Under the pieces are notes generated by a model, which searched no databases, was not told where the DNA came from, and was given only the letters and a program-made list of their open reading frames with translations. A stretch of DNA of 64,000 nucleotides from Eledone cirrhosa (Eukaryota). This document shows positions 1 through 14,161 of the stretch, piece after piece. Position 1 is the first letter of the stretch. Every line of letters starts with the position of its first letter. The stretch covers positions 104,532,001 through 104,596,000 of the forward strand of contig OZ024743.1 of the NCBI GenBank assembly GCA_964016885.1, written 5' to 3'. The translations under genes and the position numbers were made by a program.

Positions 1-559
1 TCCCGTCACCTCTCTCTCTCTCTCTTTCTCCACTACTGCATCTCCCATCATCATCTCTCTCTTTCTCCCCTACCGCATTTTTCGCCATCTCTCTCTCTTC
101 CCTCCCGCATCTCCCGTCATCCCTCTCCACATGTCTCCCGACTCTCTCAATATTTCCTCTACAGGGAGGAAATATCTGAAGACATGCTATAGAGTATCAA
201 GGAACAGTTCTGTCTTGTTGTCTCTCTGTTGAGAGTAGAAGGTGGCAGATACATTACGATTGTGTTTATAATCTTCCATCTGTTTATATGTGTTATTTAG
301 TAAAATGACAGCATGACGTTGACCGATATATAAAAAAATATATTTTAGATGATACACTCTAAAAGGACATAGACATTTCTACTGTTTAGCTAGCATATTT
401 CTTGCATGATGTATACTTTTTAATAAATCCAGGGTATATTTTAAGGAAAGTTTAGGATGGCACATGTCTTTGAAGCAGGTGCCATGATGCAATGATATAT
501 TCTATGAGTCTGAGAAACATTTGTAATATAATGGGGTTATTTTGACATTTTATGAATGT

Positions 560-778
560 TTAACCTTTCAGCATTTAAACTGGCCATAATTCTCTCACTT
601 CATTCTGTTCAAACCAGTCATAACTTGTCACTCATACTGAAGTTAAAGCATTGTTCTCAAAATAAATAAGATCAAAATCTCATAGATTCCATATTATGGG
701 AAATAAGTAAGTGAGGGAAAGCCTGTACCACGAAAATACAATAGTATATACAGAGTAATGTAAATGCTAAAGGGTTAA
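560..778. mobile_element. TTAA-flanked MITE (piggyBac-like)
   Basis: TTAA-CCTTTCAGCATTTA (560-577) and TAAATGCTAAAGGG-TTAA (761-778) form imperfect terminal inverted repeats with a TTAA target duplication; no ORF. Confidence 0.7.
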
Positions 779-1242
779 AGTCTTTTATCCGTCATTTACC
801 ATGTAAGTGCATGTAGTATTTGATAGAAAATATAAATTTACTGCAGAAAATTACATCTAGAAGTACAGAAGCATGTGTGAACGACAGAAAATTAGATTTA
901 CATTTACAACTACACAAACAGGTGTCAACTGCAGAAATTAGATTTACAACTACACAAGCGGGGATCAAATATGATGTTAAAATATTAACCGATTAAGTTG
1001 TTAATAATGAGCATAAGGCATTTCAAAGGTTTGAATACAAAATGGTTTTGAAAACGGTTATTATTTTATTATTTTTGTTTATCATGTATTAAAATAATAA
1101 TTGTCACAGCTTTAGAAAAGAGTACGGACATATGGTCCTATATTCAATTACTTGTGTATATAAAAAAAATAAAATCGCACGCGCACACACACACACACAC
1201 ACAGAGGACCTTGAGATTGGAAAGTGAACTTATTGTAGTAAA

Positions 1243-1556
1243 ATGGAGCTAAAGGCGAGTGAGGCACTGTCTCCTGGAGCAGATACAAACTATGCAGTGT
1301 GGAAATGCCTAAACAAACTAAGATCTGGTGTTGGACGTGCAAAAGTGACTCATGCAAAATGGGGATACTTAAAGGATGGAGACGTTGTGTGTGACTGCGG
1401 CATCGAACCACAGATTATGCAGCACCTCCTGCGGCCACACTCCTGTACAGTATTGAACATGGCAAAGTTGAAAGGACAGCAATGTGTTCAGGTGTGGAGG
1501 AACCACATCTAGCCAAGCTCTGTAACTGTCACTGTTATGGACATGACAAGTAAAAT
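1243..1556 (+). mobile_element. 3' fragment of a non-LTR retrotransposon ORF2 (post-RT region with zinc-knuckle remnant)
   Basis: WKCLNKLRSGVGR...KWG...CDCG..PQIMQHLL matches the LINE C-terminal LNRLRTG...CxCG...QTxxH pattern. Confidence 0.7.
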
Positions 1557-1619
1557 GACTTGGTCGCTACAGAAGTAGAAGATTGAATATTATTGTTTTT
1601 TGTAACTAAAACCAGACCT

Positions 1620-2058
1620 GGTGTTGTTGTCAGTGTGGTCATAGATGTCGTTATCAACATCGTCAATGGTTTTGTTGTTGTCGTTAATGTCAACGCCGTC
1701 ATCAATGTTGTTGTTCTTGTCAATGTCGTCATCATATTTGTTGTTCTTGTCAATGTCGTTATTATATTTGTTGTTGCTATCAACACTGTCATCATATTTG
1801 TTGTTCTTGTCAACATCGTCCCCGTTGTTGTTATTCTTGTCAATGTTGTCACCATATTTGTTTTTGCTGTCAATATCGTCATCGTTGTTGTTGTTCTTGT
1901 CAAAGTCGTCATTATATTTGTTGTTGCTATCAATATCGTCATCGTTGTTGTTCTTGTCAAAGTCGTCATCACATTTGTTGTTGCTGTCAATATCGTCATC
2001 GTTGTTGTTGTTCTTGTCAAAGTCGTCATCGTTGTTGTTCTTGTCAATGTCATCATCA
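1620..2058. repeat. Degenerate GTT/GTC-rich tandem repeat
   Basis: Recurrent TTGTTGTTCTTGTCAA / TTGTTGCTATCAA units about 30 bp apart; source of the spurious V/N/D-rich ORFs. Confidence 0.85.
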
Positions 2059-2064
2059 CACACT

Positions 2065-2775
2065 CAGACGCCACCACTATATATACAGTCACACACGCAG
2101 ACAACACCACCACCACTATATATACAGTCACACATGCAGACAACACCACCACCACTATATATACAGTCACACATGCAGACAACACCACCACCACTATATA
2201 TACAGTCACACACGCAGACAACACCACCACCACTATATATACAGTCACACATGCAGACAACACCACCACCACTATATATACAGTCACACATGCAGACAAC
2301 ACCACCACCACTATATATACAGTCACACATGCAGACAACACCACCACCACTATATATACAGTCACACATGCAGACAACACCGCCACCACTATATATACAG
2401 TCACACACGCAGACAACACCACCACCACTATATATACAGTCACACATGCAGACAACACCGCCACCACTATATATACAGTCACACACGCAGACAACACCAC
2501 CACCACTATATATACAGTCACACATGCAGACAACACCACCACCACTATATATACAGTCACACACGCAGACAACACCACCACCACTATATATACAGTCACA
2601 CATGCAGACAACACCGCCACCACTATATATACAGTCACACACGCAGACAACACCACCACCACTATATATACAGTCACACATGCAGACAACACCACCACCA
2701 CTATATATACAGTCACACACGCAGACAACACCACCACCACTATATATACAGTCACACATGCAGACAACACCACCA
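2065..2775. repeat. 39-bp minisatellite, about 18 near-perfect copies
   Basis: Unit CACCACCACCACTATATATACAGTCACACAYGCAGACAA; translates as repeated TTTTIYTVTHADN. Confidence 0.95.
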
Positions 2776-4082
2776 TATATACAGAAACACACACTGACAA
2801 CATCACCACCACCATTTATACAGACACTACCACCACCACCACCCATACCATATATACAGACCACCACCACCACACTCAGGCACTACCAACACCACCATAT
2901 ATACAGATACACACCACAGCCATCACCACCAAATATACAGACGCACCCCCAGACTCCACCACCGCTACCATCACCACTACCACCACATATACAAACACAC
3001 CACAACCACCACCACCACCACCACATATACAGACACACCCCTAGACCCCAACACCACCACCATATATACAGACACACACCCAGACACCACCACCACCACA
3101 ACCACCACTATCTCCACCTCCGCTACCACCACCACTGTTACCACCACAACTACCCCCCCCCCCCCCACTGCCACCACCACCACCACCACAGATACCGCCA
3201 CCACCGCTACCACCACCACTACCGCCACCACCGCTACCACCACCACCACCACAGATACCACCACCACCGCCACCACCGCTACCACCACCACCACCACAGA
3301 TACCACTACCACCACTGCTACCACCACCGCCACCACAGATACCACCACAGATACCGCTACCACCACCACCACCACAACCGCCACCACCACTACCACCACC
3401 ACCACAACCACCACCACCGCTACCACCACCACATATACCACCACCACCGCCAACCACCGCTACCACCACCGCTACCACCACCACCACCACAGATACCACC
3501 ACCACCACCACCACCACCACCACCATTGGTAACCCCTCCCCCACCACAGATACCACCACCACCACCGCCACCACCACCAACACTACCACCACCACCACCA
3601 CCACCACCACAACCACCACCACCACCATATATAGACACACACATCCAGACATCACCACCTGTACCAACACTATAAAGACATACACATCTAGACAACACCA
3701 GCATCAACATCATATAGACTACCCACACACATCTAGACAACACCAGCATCAACATCATATAGACTACCCACACACATCCACACAACACCGTCGCCACCAC
3801 CACCACTATATATATACATATATACATCTAGATAACACCACCAACACTATATATACACATGCATCTAGACACACATCTACACACCACCGTCCCCACCACC
3901 ACTATATATATATATACACACATCTACACAACACCGTCCCCACCATCACTATATGTATAGCCACACATCTACACAACACCGTCCCCACCATCACTATATA
4001 TACAGACATCCACACAACACCGTCCCCACCACCACTATATATACAGACATCCACACAACACCGCCCCCACCACCACTATATA
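2776..4082. repeat. CAC/CCA-rich low-complexity degenerate minisatellite
   Basis: (CAC)n runs interspersed with TATATA(C)AGAC motifs related to the adjacent 39-bp unit. Confidence 0.85.
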
Positions 4083-4151
4083 TCATAAAACATGTCTATA
4101 GAATCACCAGATAAAATATATATGTATGTATATATATATATATATGTAAAC

Positions 4152-4239
<88 letters not shown>

Positions 4240-4335
4240 AAATCACATAATTGGGATTATACTTAGGTATATCCTAATGTTTGTTGAGTGAGATGGAGTT
4301 GGTCAGAGTATCGCTTAAAGCTTTCTCTGTTAATG

Positions 4336-4383
<48 letters not shown>

Positions 4384-4407
4384 TTGTATAATATATATAT
4401 GTATATA

Positions 4408-4459
<52 letters not shown>

Positions 4460-4462
<3 letters not shown>

Positions 4463-4694
4463 ATAATAATAAAATTGAAGACTAAAATCCAAAGAGGGCT
4501 CGATAAGGAAAATATATATCAAATATATAAGAACCGTAGAGCAAATATTTATTAAAATAACAGATTAAAGTTTAAGCAAAGAATCGCTGCTTTCACCCTT
4601 AACGGGATCTTCTGAAACTCCGTTCAGAAGATCCCGTTAAGGGTGAAAGCAGCGATTCTTTGCTTAAACTTTAATCTGTTATTTTAATAAATAT
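4460..4694. mobile_element. Short fold-back element in (TA)n with degenerate HHR core
   Basis: About 72-bp perfect arms (4545-4616 / 4623-4694) around loop ACTCCG; the arm contains CAGAAGA-TCCC-GTTAA-GGGT-GAAA. Confidence 0.75.
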
Positions 4695-4709
4695 ATATAT
4701 ATATATATA

Positions 4710-5258
4710 TAATATAAGATCAAAAGATGGTTAAAAGAGTTCCATGTATTTTATTATGCGCATTTCAAAAACAAATATCATCATGGGATGCTATTTGCGT
4801 TCTCATCAGATAAAATAGGAAGACATGATATGAAGCTTAAAAAATACTTGCGAGCAGTGAAGTATTAAATCAACATATGAAAAATAAAATAAGATGGATA
4901 TATGAGATTGGGAAAAAAAGGAAAGGAAGGGGGGAAGGAAAAGGTAAGGAAGAGGAAGAAAGAATATAATAAGAAAAAAATATATAATAATAAGGAAAGG
5001 ATGACGGAGGAGGAGTATAAGAAGGAAGGAAATTTTATTTTATCTGATGAGAACGCAAATATTATTTTATCTGATGAGAACGGAAATATCATCCCATGAT
5101 GATATTTGTTTTTGAAATGCGCATAATAAAATACATGGAACTCTTTTAACCATCTTTTGATTTTATATTATTTATACTCCAGTCCTATAAACTGTTGAGT
5201 GCTACTTATCCGATATTTGCATTGCTTTATTGTGCTACAATAAAACTCACCTCCTACA
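4710..5258. mobile_element. Short head-to-head copy of Penelope-like family B terminal repeat (pLTR)
   Basis: Homologous to the arms of 21112-23898; HHRs at 4747-4817 (-) and 5063-5133 (+); flanked by (TA)n. Confidence 0.85.
5063..5133 (+). ncRNA. Type-I hammerhead ribozyme (family B)
   Basis: Stem I TATTTTAT/ATAAAATA, core CTGATGA, stem II AAATATCATC-CCAT-GATGATATTT, GAAA, palindromic stem III ATGCGCAT, AUA cleavage triplet. Confidence 0.8.
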
Positions 5259-5481
5259 TATATATATATATATATTGTTATACTTGGGGAGGGTCATATT
5301 TGTGTAATAATATTACCAGAATGAATAACAGAACACACTCACTGTTTGGTTGGTTTTCGCTTCTGTATCTTTTATATCGGTTAATTTAATTTATTCGGTA
5401 CTCAATGTTGCCATTGACTGACCAACGGTCAAGAATACAGATACAATATAGACACAAACACATATATATAGTCTAACAAAG

Positions 5482-5546
<65 letters not shown>

Positions 5547-5547
5547 C

Positions 5548-6158
5548 ATGGTGGCTGCCAACTCGTTTTCGAGTACGGCCACTACTTTATATCCATGTAG
5601 GAGAACCCCTACAGGTGCGCTGAACGAGTGTGACTTTTTAGTCCAGCCAGCGACTTGAAAACTCTGGTACAAACACTACACTTGTGACAATTATTGACAC
5701 ATAGTGCTGGGCCCATGGTACCATGTGACGACAAGTGCAGAGAGATCTCCAGATATAAAGCAATACCTGTGCCGTGAAGCTTTTATAGTGAGCAAAGGCA
5801 CTGCACAAAGCCAGTCCCACTCTCTTAACCAAGATGATATTTACCTAAAAGAAGAACAAGTCAACATCATTGGATACCATCAGGGTTGCAGGTGTTATAT
5901 CAGAGTTGTCCTTCTCCTAGAATTCTGCCTTGACAAAGGCTAAGGGGTCATCTCTCCCGGTGATTTTGGATGGCCATTGATTCTTAAGAGCTCCTTTGCC
6001 CTTTGACAGGTTTTGTTTTTAGTCCTACAGGATGTCCAAAGTCACCCTCCTCACCAAGAAACCTTGGTGGGGTTGCCAGTTTAGTCGCCAACGACCCGAC
6101 CATGAGACAGGTTGTACTGGGATACATGTTACCAGTAGCACCAACTGGTGACCTGACA
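5548..6158 (-). mobile_element. Non-autonomous RTE-derived bipartite SINE (about 610 bp)
   Basis: Highly similar inverted copy at 63175-63785; RTE 5'UTR-like CTAGGAGAAGGA(C/A)AACTCTGAT motif; 3' end encodes a C2H2 remnant like RTE ORF C-termini. Confidence 0.75.
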
Positions 6159-6347
6159 TACATATATATATACATACATACATCCACACATCCACACAAC
6201 ACCGTCACCACCATCACTATATATACGCATACGCATCCAGACAACACCGTCGCCACCACCATATATACACATACACATCTAGATAACACCACGAACACTA
6301 TATATACACATACATCCAGACACACATCTACACAACTCAGTCATCAC

Positions 6348-6388
<41 letters not shown>

Positions 6389-6489
6389 TCCACACAACTC
6401 CGTCCCCACCACCACCACCACCACCACCACCATATATCACATACATCCAGACAGCAACAACATCACCAACACCACCATTAACACACACA

Positions 6490-6829
6490 CTCACACACAC
6501 CAAAGACCACCACTAACAACACCATATATATACATACACATCCAGACAACAACATCACCACCACTAACACACACACACACACACACACACATACACAACA
6601 CACACACAACACACACACACACACACCAAAGACCACCACTACCAACACCATATATACATACACATCCAGACAACAACATCACCACCACTAACACACACAC
6701 ACACACACACAACACACACACAACACACACACACACCAAAGACCACCACTAACAACACCATATATATACATACACATCCAGACAACAACATCACCACCAC
6801 TAGCACACACACACACACACACACAACAC

Positions 6830-6883
<54 letters not shown>

Positions 6884-7309
6884 ACAACACACACACACCA
6901 AAGACCACCACTAACAACACCATATATACATACACATCCAGACAACAACATCACCACCACTAACACACACACACACACACACAACACACACACAACACAC
7001 ACACCAAAGACCACCACTAACAACACCATATATACATACACATCCAGACAACAACATCACCACCACTAACACACACACACACACACACGCACACACACAC
7101 ACAACACACACACAACACACACACACACCAAAGACCACCACTAACAACACCATATATACATACACATCCAGACAACAACATCACCACCACTAACACACAC
7201 ACACACACACACAACACACACACAACACACACACAACACACACACACCAAAGACCACCACTAACAACACCATATATACATACACATCCAGACAACAACAT
7301 CACCACCAC

Positions 7310-7387
<78 letters not shown>

Positions 7388-7679
7388 ACAACACACACAC
7401 ACCAAAGACCACCACTAACAACACCATATATACATACACATCCAGACAACAACATCACCACCACTAACACACACACACACACACACAACACCATACAACA
7501 CACACACACACACACCAAAGACCACCACTAACAACACCATATATACATACACATCCAGACAACAACATCACCACCACTAACACACACACACACACAACAC
7601 ACACACAACACACACACCAAAGACCACCACTAACAACACCATATATACATACACATCCAGACAACAACATCACCACCAC

Positions 7680-7713
<34 letters not shown>

Positions 7714-7738
7714 CACACACACACACACACACACACAC

Positions 7739-7778
<40 letters not shown>

Positions 7779-7857
7779 ACAACACACACACACCAAAGAC
7801 CACCACTAACAACACCATATATACATACACATCCAGACATTAACATCACCACCACTA

Positions 7858-7901
<44 letters not shown>

Positions 7902-8349
7902 CACACACACACACACACCAAAGACCACCACTAACAACACCATATATATACATACACATCCAGACAACAACATCACCACCACTAACACACACACACACAC
8001 ACACACACACAACACACACACACACACACACACACACAACACACACACACACACACACACACACAATACAACACACACACACCAAAGACCACCACTAACA
8101 ACACCATATATACATACACATCCAGACAACTACATCACCACCACTAACACACACACACACACACAACACACACACACACCAAAGACCACCACTAACAACA
8201 CTATATATACATACACATCCAGACAACTACATCACCACCACTAACACACACACACACAACACAACACAATACAACACACACACACACCAAAGACCACCAC
8301 TAACAACACTATATATACATACACATCCAGACAACTACATCACCACCAC

Positions 8350-8382
<33 letters not shown>

Positions 8383-8472
8383 ACAACACACACACACCAA
8401 AGACCACCACTAACAACACCATATATACATACACATCCAGACAACAACATCACCACCACTAACACACACACA

Positions 8473-8522
<50 letters not shown>

Positions 8523-8691
8523 AAAGACCACCACTAACAACACCATATATACATACACATCCAGACAACAACATCACCACCACTAACACACACACACACA
8601 CACACAACACACACACAACACACACACACCAAAGACCACCACTAACAACACCATATATACATACACATCCAGACAACAACATCACCACCAC

Positions 8692-8767
<76 letters not shown>

Positions 8768-9067
8768 ACAACACACACACACCAAAGACCACCACTAACA
8801 ACACCATATATACATACACATCCAGACAACAACATCACCACCACTAACACACACACACACACACACAACACCATACAACACACACACACACACACCAAAG
8901 ACCACCACTAACAACACCATATATACATACACATCCAGACAACAACATCACCACCACTAACACACACACACACACACACACAACACACACACAACACACA
9001 CACCAAAGACCACCACTAACAACACCATATATACATACACATCCAGACAACAACATCACCACCACTA

Positions 9068-9103
<36 letters not shown>

Positions 9104-9212
9104 CACACACACACACACACCAAAGACCACCACTAACAACACCATATATATACATACACATCCAGACAACAACATCACCACCACTAACACACACACACAC
9201 ACACACACACAC

Positions 9213-9243
<31 letters not shown>

Positions 9244-9621
9244 CACACACACACACACACACACACACAATACAACACACACACACCAAAGACCACCACT
9301 AACAACACCATATATACATACACATCCAGACAACTACATCACCACCACTAACACACACACACACACACAACACACACACACACCAAAGACCACCACTAAC
9401 AACACTATATATACATACACATCCAGACAACTACATCACCACCACTAACAACACTATATATACATACACATCCAGACAACTACATCACCACCACTAACAC
9501 ACACACACACACACACAACACAACACAATACAACACACACACACACCAAAGACCACCACTAACAACACCATATATACATACACATCCAGACAACAACATC
9601 ACCACCACTAACACACACACA

Positions 9622-9679
<58 letters not shown>

Positions 9680-9740
9680 AAAGACCACCACTAACAACAC
9701 CATATATACATACACATCCAGACAACAACATCACCACCAC

Positions 9741-9789
<49 letters not shown>

Positions 9790-9801
9790 AAAGACCACCA
9801 C

Positions 9802-9871
<70 letters not shown>

Positions 9872-9930
9872 CACACACACCAAAGACCACCACTAACAAC
9901 ACCATATATACATACACATCCAGACAACTA
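6490..9930. repeat. Compound minisatellite: about 66-bp conserved core plus variable (CA)n spacer, about 28 copies
   Basis: Core CCAAAGACCACCACTAACAACACCATATATACATACACATCCAGACAACAACATCACCACCACTAA alternates with CA tracts. Confidence 0.95.
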
Positions 9931-10421
9931 GGTGAGCCGAAAACGCGTAGAATTGGTAAAAACTCTGACTCTGCCCAGTTGAACTAACGCCCACCTACCA
10001 TATACTTACACTAGAGTTTATGTTGTTGTTGCTGTTGCTGTTGTAGTTCACCTCTATGCTTCCGTCTGTTTGCTATAATACAGACCCAAGTATAGCAGAC
10101 ACCGTTTTGGCACCAGATCGGATCGAAACAATAAGGCTTTATCCCAGGGAATCTTAGAGAGTATTTATTTAACGAACAGTAATTAGGTTCTGCACTTGTA
10201 TTTTTTGATAACGATAATTGAAGACACACAAACACACACACACACGTGTGTGTGTGTGCGCGCGAGAGTATATATGTATGTGTTTGTGTGCGTGTGTGTT
10301 GTGTGTGTATATTCTCATACATGGACGTTGATGAACACATATTCATATTCTCCCTCTTTCTCTCTCTCACACACATGCACACACGTTCATATATACGTGT
10401 ATATAGAAATCACACATATAC

Positions 10422-10452
<31 letters not shown>

Positions 10453-10629
10453 ATATATATATCATCTTAACAACAAAGTGGTTCTTCAGTCTTATGCGCC
10501 AACTGCTATCACAAATGCAATACCACCTTAGTGCGCGAAATTGTACGACACGAAGGTGGCTGGGGAGGTAAAGATGCAGTTGTCAGTTCGTCTTATGTCT
10601 CTCTGTGCATTATATATATATATATATAA

Positions 10630-11075
10630 GGGTGGCCGACCGGGGTAGAAGCTGCTAAATGTTCGGTCGCCTTCATGTCTCTGATTTTCAGCCCCATGGA
10701 TTTTGTCTATTATATTCCTTTGTTATATTTCGAATACCTGATGATGTCACCGGATTCATACTGAACCCGGTCATTGAAAGGAATTATACCAGTCCAGCCT
10801 CCTGTTATTTTATAATAACTCCGTACTCGCACCACCAACTACACAAACGAAGACGGGTGAGTTGCATTACGTTGAGTGCTCCTTAATATCACGTCGAGGT
10901 TGACCATACGGAATATTCCATATAGTCAACCATGATGTAATATTAGGAAAAGCACTCGGTGTTATGCAACTCAGCCATCTTTGATGTTGAATCTTGTTGG
11001 TGGTGTGAAAACGGAGTTAAGTATTATTGAGAAAAATGACAGGTGACTGGACTGGACTGGTGTAATTCCTTCAAA
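10630..11075. mobile_element. Diverged palindromic repeat pair with degenerate HHR
   Basis: Imperfect arms (about 10776-10914 / 10915-11072) centred on GGAATATTCC; CTGATGA...ACCGG..CCGGT..GAAA at 10738-10779; related fragment near 58675-58710. Confidence 0.6.
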
Positions 11076-11159
11076 GATTTATTATAGTTCAAGAAGACAA
11101 CAAACAGGTTCAAAAAGTCTTATTAGTTTCACGCTTTATATTGGAAAGAGGAAAGAAAG

Positions 11160-11194
11160 TACGACGTGTCGGGCTTAAGCCCTTCTTCAGGAGT
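11160..11194 (-). ncRNA. Minimal hammerhead, mutated (GAAA>GACA)
   Basis: Minus strand CTGAAGA-A-GGGC-TTAA-GCCC-GACACGTC; same architecture as 61885-61918. Confidence 0.55.
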
Positions 11195-12103
11195 ACAAAA
11201 TAGAGACAGGATCACAATGGAGAAAAAAAATATATATATATATATATATATATTATGTGTGTGTGTGTGTGTATGCGCACGTGCTTGTGTGTGTTTGGGT
11301 GTGTGTGTGTATGCGTGTGTGTGTGTGTGTGTATGTAACCAAAGAACAGCTGAAGAGAAATGGGCCATTGTGAAAATCAAACTCAATCCCCAAATATTCT
11401 TTTGATTTCCCCCCAAAACAAGGTCGCTGTCTCTACAGTTGGCTCTGTGATTGATGATACTAAAATCATGGGTGAGATCCTGTAGAAACAATAATTTTCT
11501 GTTTTCAGTAATCTTGATATGGCTGATCTGAGTTGTACCAGCGATGTTAATCCCCAACACATCATATCAGACATAACGTTTGTCAACCCTGATATCTCAG
11601 CGGCAATAAACAAAATTAAATACAACCCAGCAGTAGGCTCCGATAGGTTTTCTGATAGTGTCCTAAAGGTGTGTTAACATCAACTTGCATCTTCTCTAGC
11701 TAATCTGTGGAGGAACTCACCGAACGCTGGCTATATCCCTGAAAATGTTATGTCCCAGTCTGTCGTTCCAGTTTTCAGAAAGGGAAACAAGTCTTTTGCA
11801 GTGAATTACCGTCCGCTCTCACTCACCCCTCATAACATTAAGGTATTTGGGGTGGTGGTGAGATCACGAATAACTCACTTTCCCAAAAGCAACAATCTGC
11901 TGAACTCCAAACACCATGGGGTCCGTGATGACAGGGACTGTCTAACGCAGCTTCTGCATCACTTTGATGACATCCTAAAAGCTTTGGGAGAGGGCTCCAT
12001 CACTGATGTCATCTACCTTGATTTCAGCAAGGCCTTTGACAGGGTTGATCACAGCATCCTGTTGAAGAGACTATCCAACATTGGTGTCGGTAGAAAGTTA
12101 CTA

Positions 12104-12259
12104 CAGGTAACATTCCATTATAACGAATACAATTATAACACATTTTTTTCAATCCCCGGCCACACGTTCGATGTGTTAGGTCGATCTCGTTATAAAGAAT
12201 TTTTCGTTACAATGTTTTTTTTTATATCCCATGAATTTCGTTATAACGGAATTCCACGG
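12104..12259. mobile_element. Tc1/mariner(pogo)-like MITE inserted in the LINE
   Basis: TIRs CAGGTAACATTCCATTATAACGAA / TTCGTTATAACGGAATTCCACGG with TA duplication; removing it restores the frame KLL*WIKWFVMNR. Relatives at 13662-13800 and 14758-14931. Confidence 0.8.
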
Positions 12260-12400
12260 TATAATGGATCAAGTGGTTCGTTATGAACAGAGCCAACATG
12301 TTGTGGTCGAAGGGATACAATCAAGCTCAGCCAAAGTCAGTAGTGGCGTCCCATAATGCACAGTGTTGGACTCACTTCTCTTCATTATTTATATCAATGA

Positions 12401-12509
12401 GTTCAAATCCCGCCGAGGTTGACTTTGCCTTTCATCCTTATGGGGTCGATAAAATAAAGTACCAGTAATGCACTGGGTGATTGCTGGCCTTGTGCCTAAA
12501 GTAGAAACA
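12401..12509 (+). mobile_element. 5'-truncated tRNA-derived SINE with 17-bp target-site duplication
   Basis: ATTATTTATATCAATGA at 12384-12400 and 12510-12526; B-box GTTCAAATCC. Confidence 0.9.
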
Positions 12510-14018
12510 ATTATTTATATCAATGACATTATTGACGTCATCAAGCACAGCAGCATAAGAATCTTTGCAGATGATTCCAAACCCCAGAAGGTCATCAACA
12601 GAGTGGAAGAGAGGCCGTACCTTCAATCGGATCTACTTGTTGTTATCCAATAGCCCCCCCCCCCCCCAAAAAAAAAAAATCAACAGAAAACAAAACAAAT
12701 AAAACAAAATACCAACATGCTTTTAAATTAAGATAAATTTCAACTAATCCACTTCGGAAAATTCGGAAAAGAGGATGCTCTGAAGTTTCCACATTCTCTT
12801 TCCTCGGGTGAAACCCTCGTGGTATCCAACAACACCTTGGAGTAATTGTTGATAGCAACTTAAGTTGGAATACTCATATAAATAGCAAAGTTGCCTTTGA
12901 ATACTGTTGTCCCTTGTGATCTCCTCACACGAAACAAAGCATTACGAACACTGAAGCACTACAGAGGTAAATTACAAAAAACAAAAAAAAACAACAAACA
13001 ACCAAACAGACAGACGGTATGACAGGCCTTGACTATTGGAGCTGAGAACCCAAACCCTACTTGCTCCAACGCTGCCGTGAGCACAACACCATCTGTATGA
13101 TGTGGAAAATATTCCATCAACACTCCTCAAATTATGTTGGCGTCAACTTTAAATTTCCTCCAAAGCTTAGTCTCCGTATTATCCACCCATTACAAAATAT
13201 CAAACTCGCACCTCATAATAACGATACGACACAACTACTTCACCCCAGCTGGCCCCGCTCTCATTAATATCATACCAAAATACACCAGAACAGAAACAGA
13301 TACTATAAAATTCAAAATGTCCTTGGACAAAGTCATCCAAGAAATTCCAGATAAACACCATACACCCGGATATGTCTCCGAAATCAATAACTCTTTATTA
13401 GAGTGGGCTATGGTGCCTGAGGTGTGAATATGATCCCAAAGTCTTTGTCATGAGGTGCTATTAAGCCAGACACATGGCCTGGCCCAATACTGGCCGAAAC
13501 CTATCAAAGTTATATATATATATATATATATAACTTTGATAGGTTTCGGCCAGTATTGGGCCAGGCCATGTGACTGGCTTAATAGCACCTCATGACAAAG
13601 ACTTTGGGATCATGATTCACACCTCAGGCACCATAGCCCACTCTAATAAAGAGTTATTGATTATAAAAAAGATTCGCTGTAATGAATAATTCTTTATATC
13701 GAGATCGACCTAACACATTGAGCGTGTGTCCGGCAATTGAAAAAATTTCGTTATACTGAAATTTTTTTTATAATGGTATTCGTTATAACAGAATTTTACC
13801 TATATATATATATTAGAAAGTGAGGTTTTTTTTACAAAATGAAAAATAACCGAGGTGTCCTACACGAGTGAAAGTATAAAGAAAAAAAAGATGAAATCGA
13901 AAATACAACTGGAGTCTTATTTAAAAAAAATATATATATATTTATTTGGTTCCTTTACCGGTTTCGCAGTTCTGCTTTTCAAAAGTAGAGTTGAGATGGA
14001 GGGTCTGTGGTTTTTCTC

Positions 14019-14115
<97 letters not shown>

Positions 14116-14127
14116 GGTGTAACATAT

Positions 14128-14160
<33 letters not shown>

Positions 14161-14161
<1 letters not shown>

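Larger units (their letters stand above)
11345..13512 (+). mobile_element. Decayed CR1-clade LINE (RT region to 3' end), interrupted by a MITE and a SINE
   Basis: VPVFRKG..NYRPLSLT, YLDFSKAFDRVDH, SGVP...LLFIIYIND and IFADD RT motifs with stops and frameshifts; ends at (TA)n. Confidence 0.9.

Noticed and set aside
1535-3827. Long ORFs (426-676 aa) resembling mucin, extensin or His-rich proteins
   Set aside because: Open in several frames on both strands because the repeat units are multiples of 3 and lack stops; no splice or domain evidence.
6490-9930. CRISPR-like repeat/spacer appearance
   Set aside because: The spacers are only (CA)n variants, there are no cas genes, and the context is eukaryotic.
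10004-10220. Minus-strand coding exon ending at a perfect GTAAGT donor (polyQ ORF)
   Set aside because: All frames hit stops before or shortly upstream of the donor and no convincing acceptor is present; a non-coding exon cannot be excluded.
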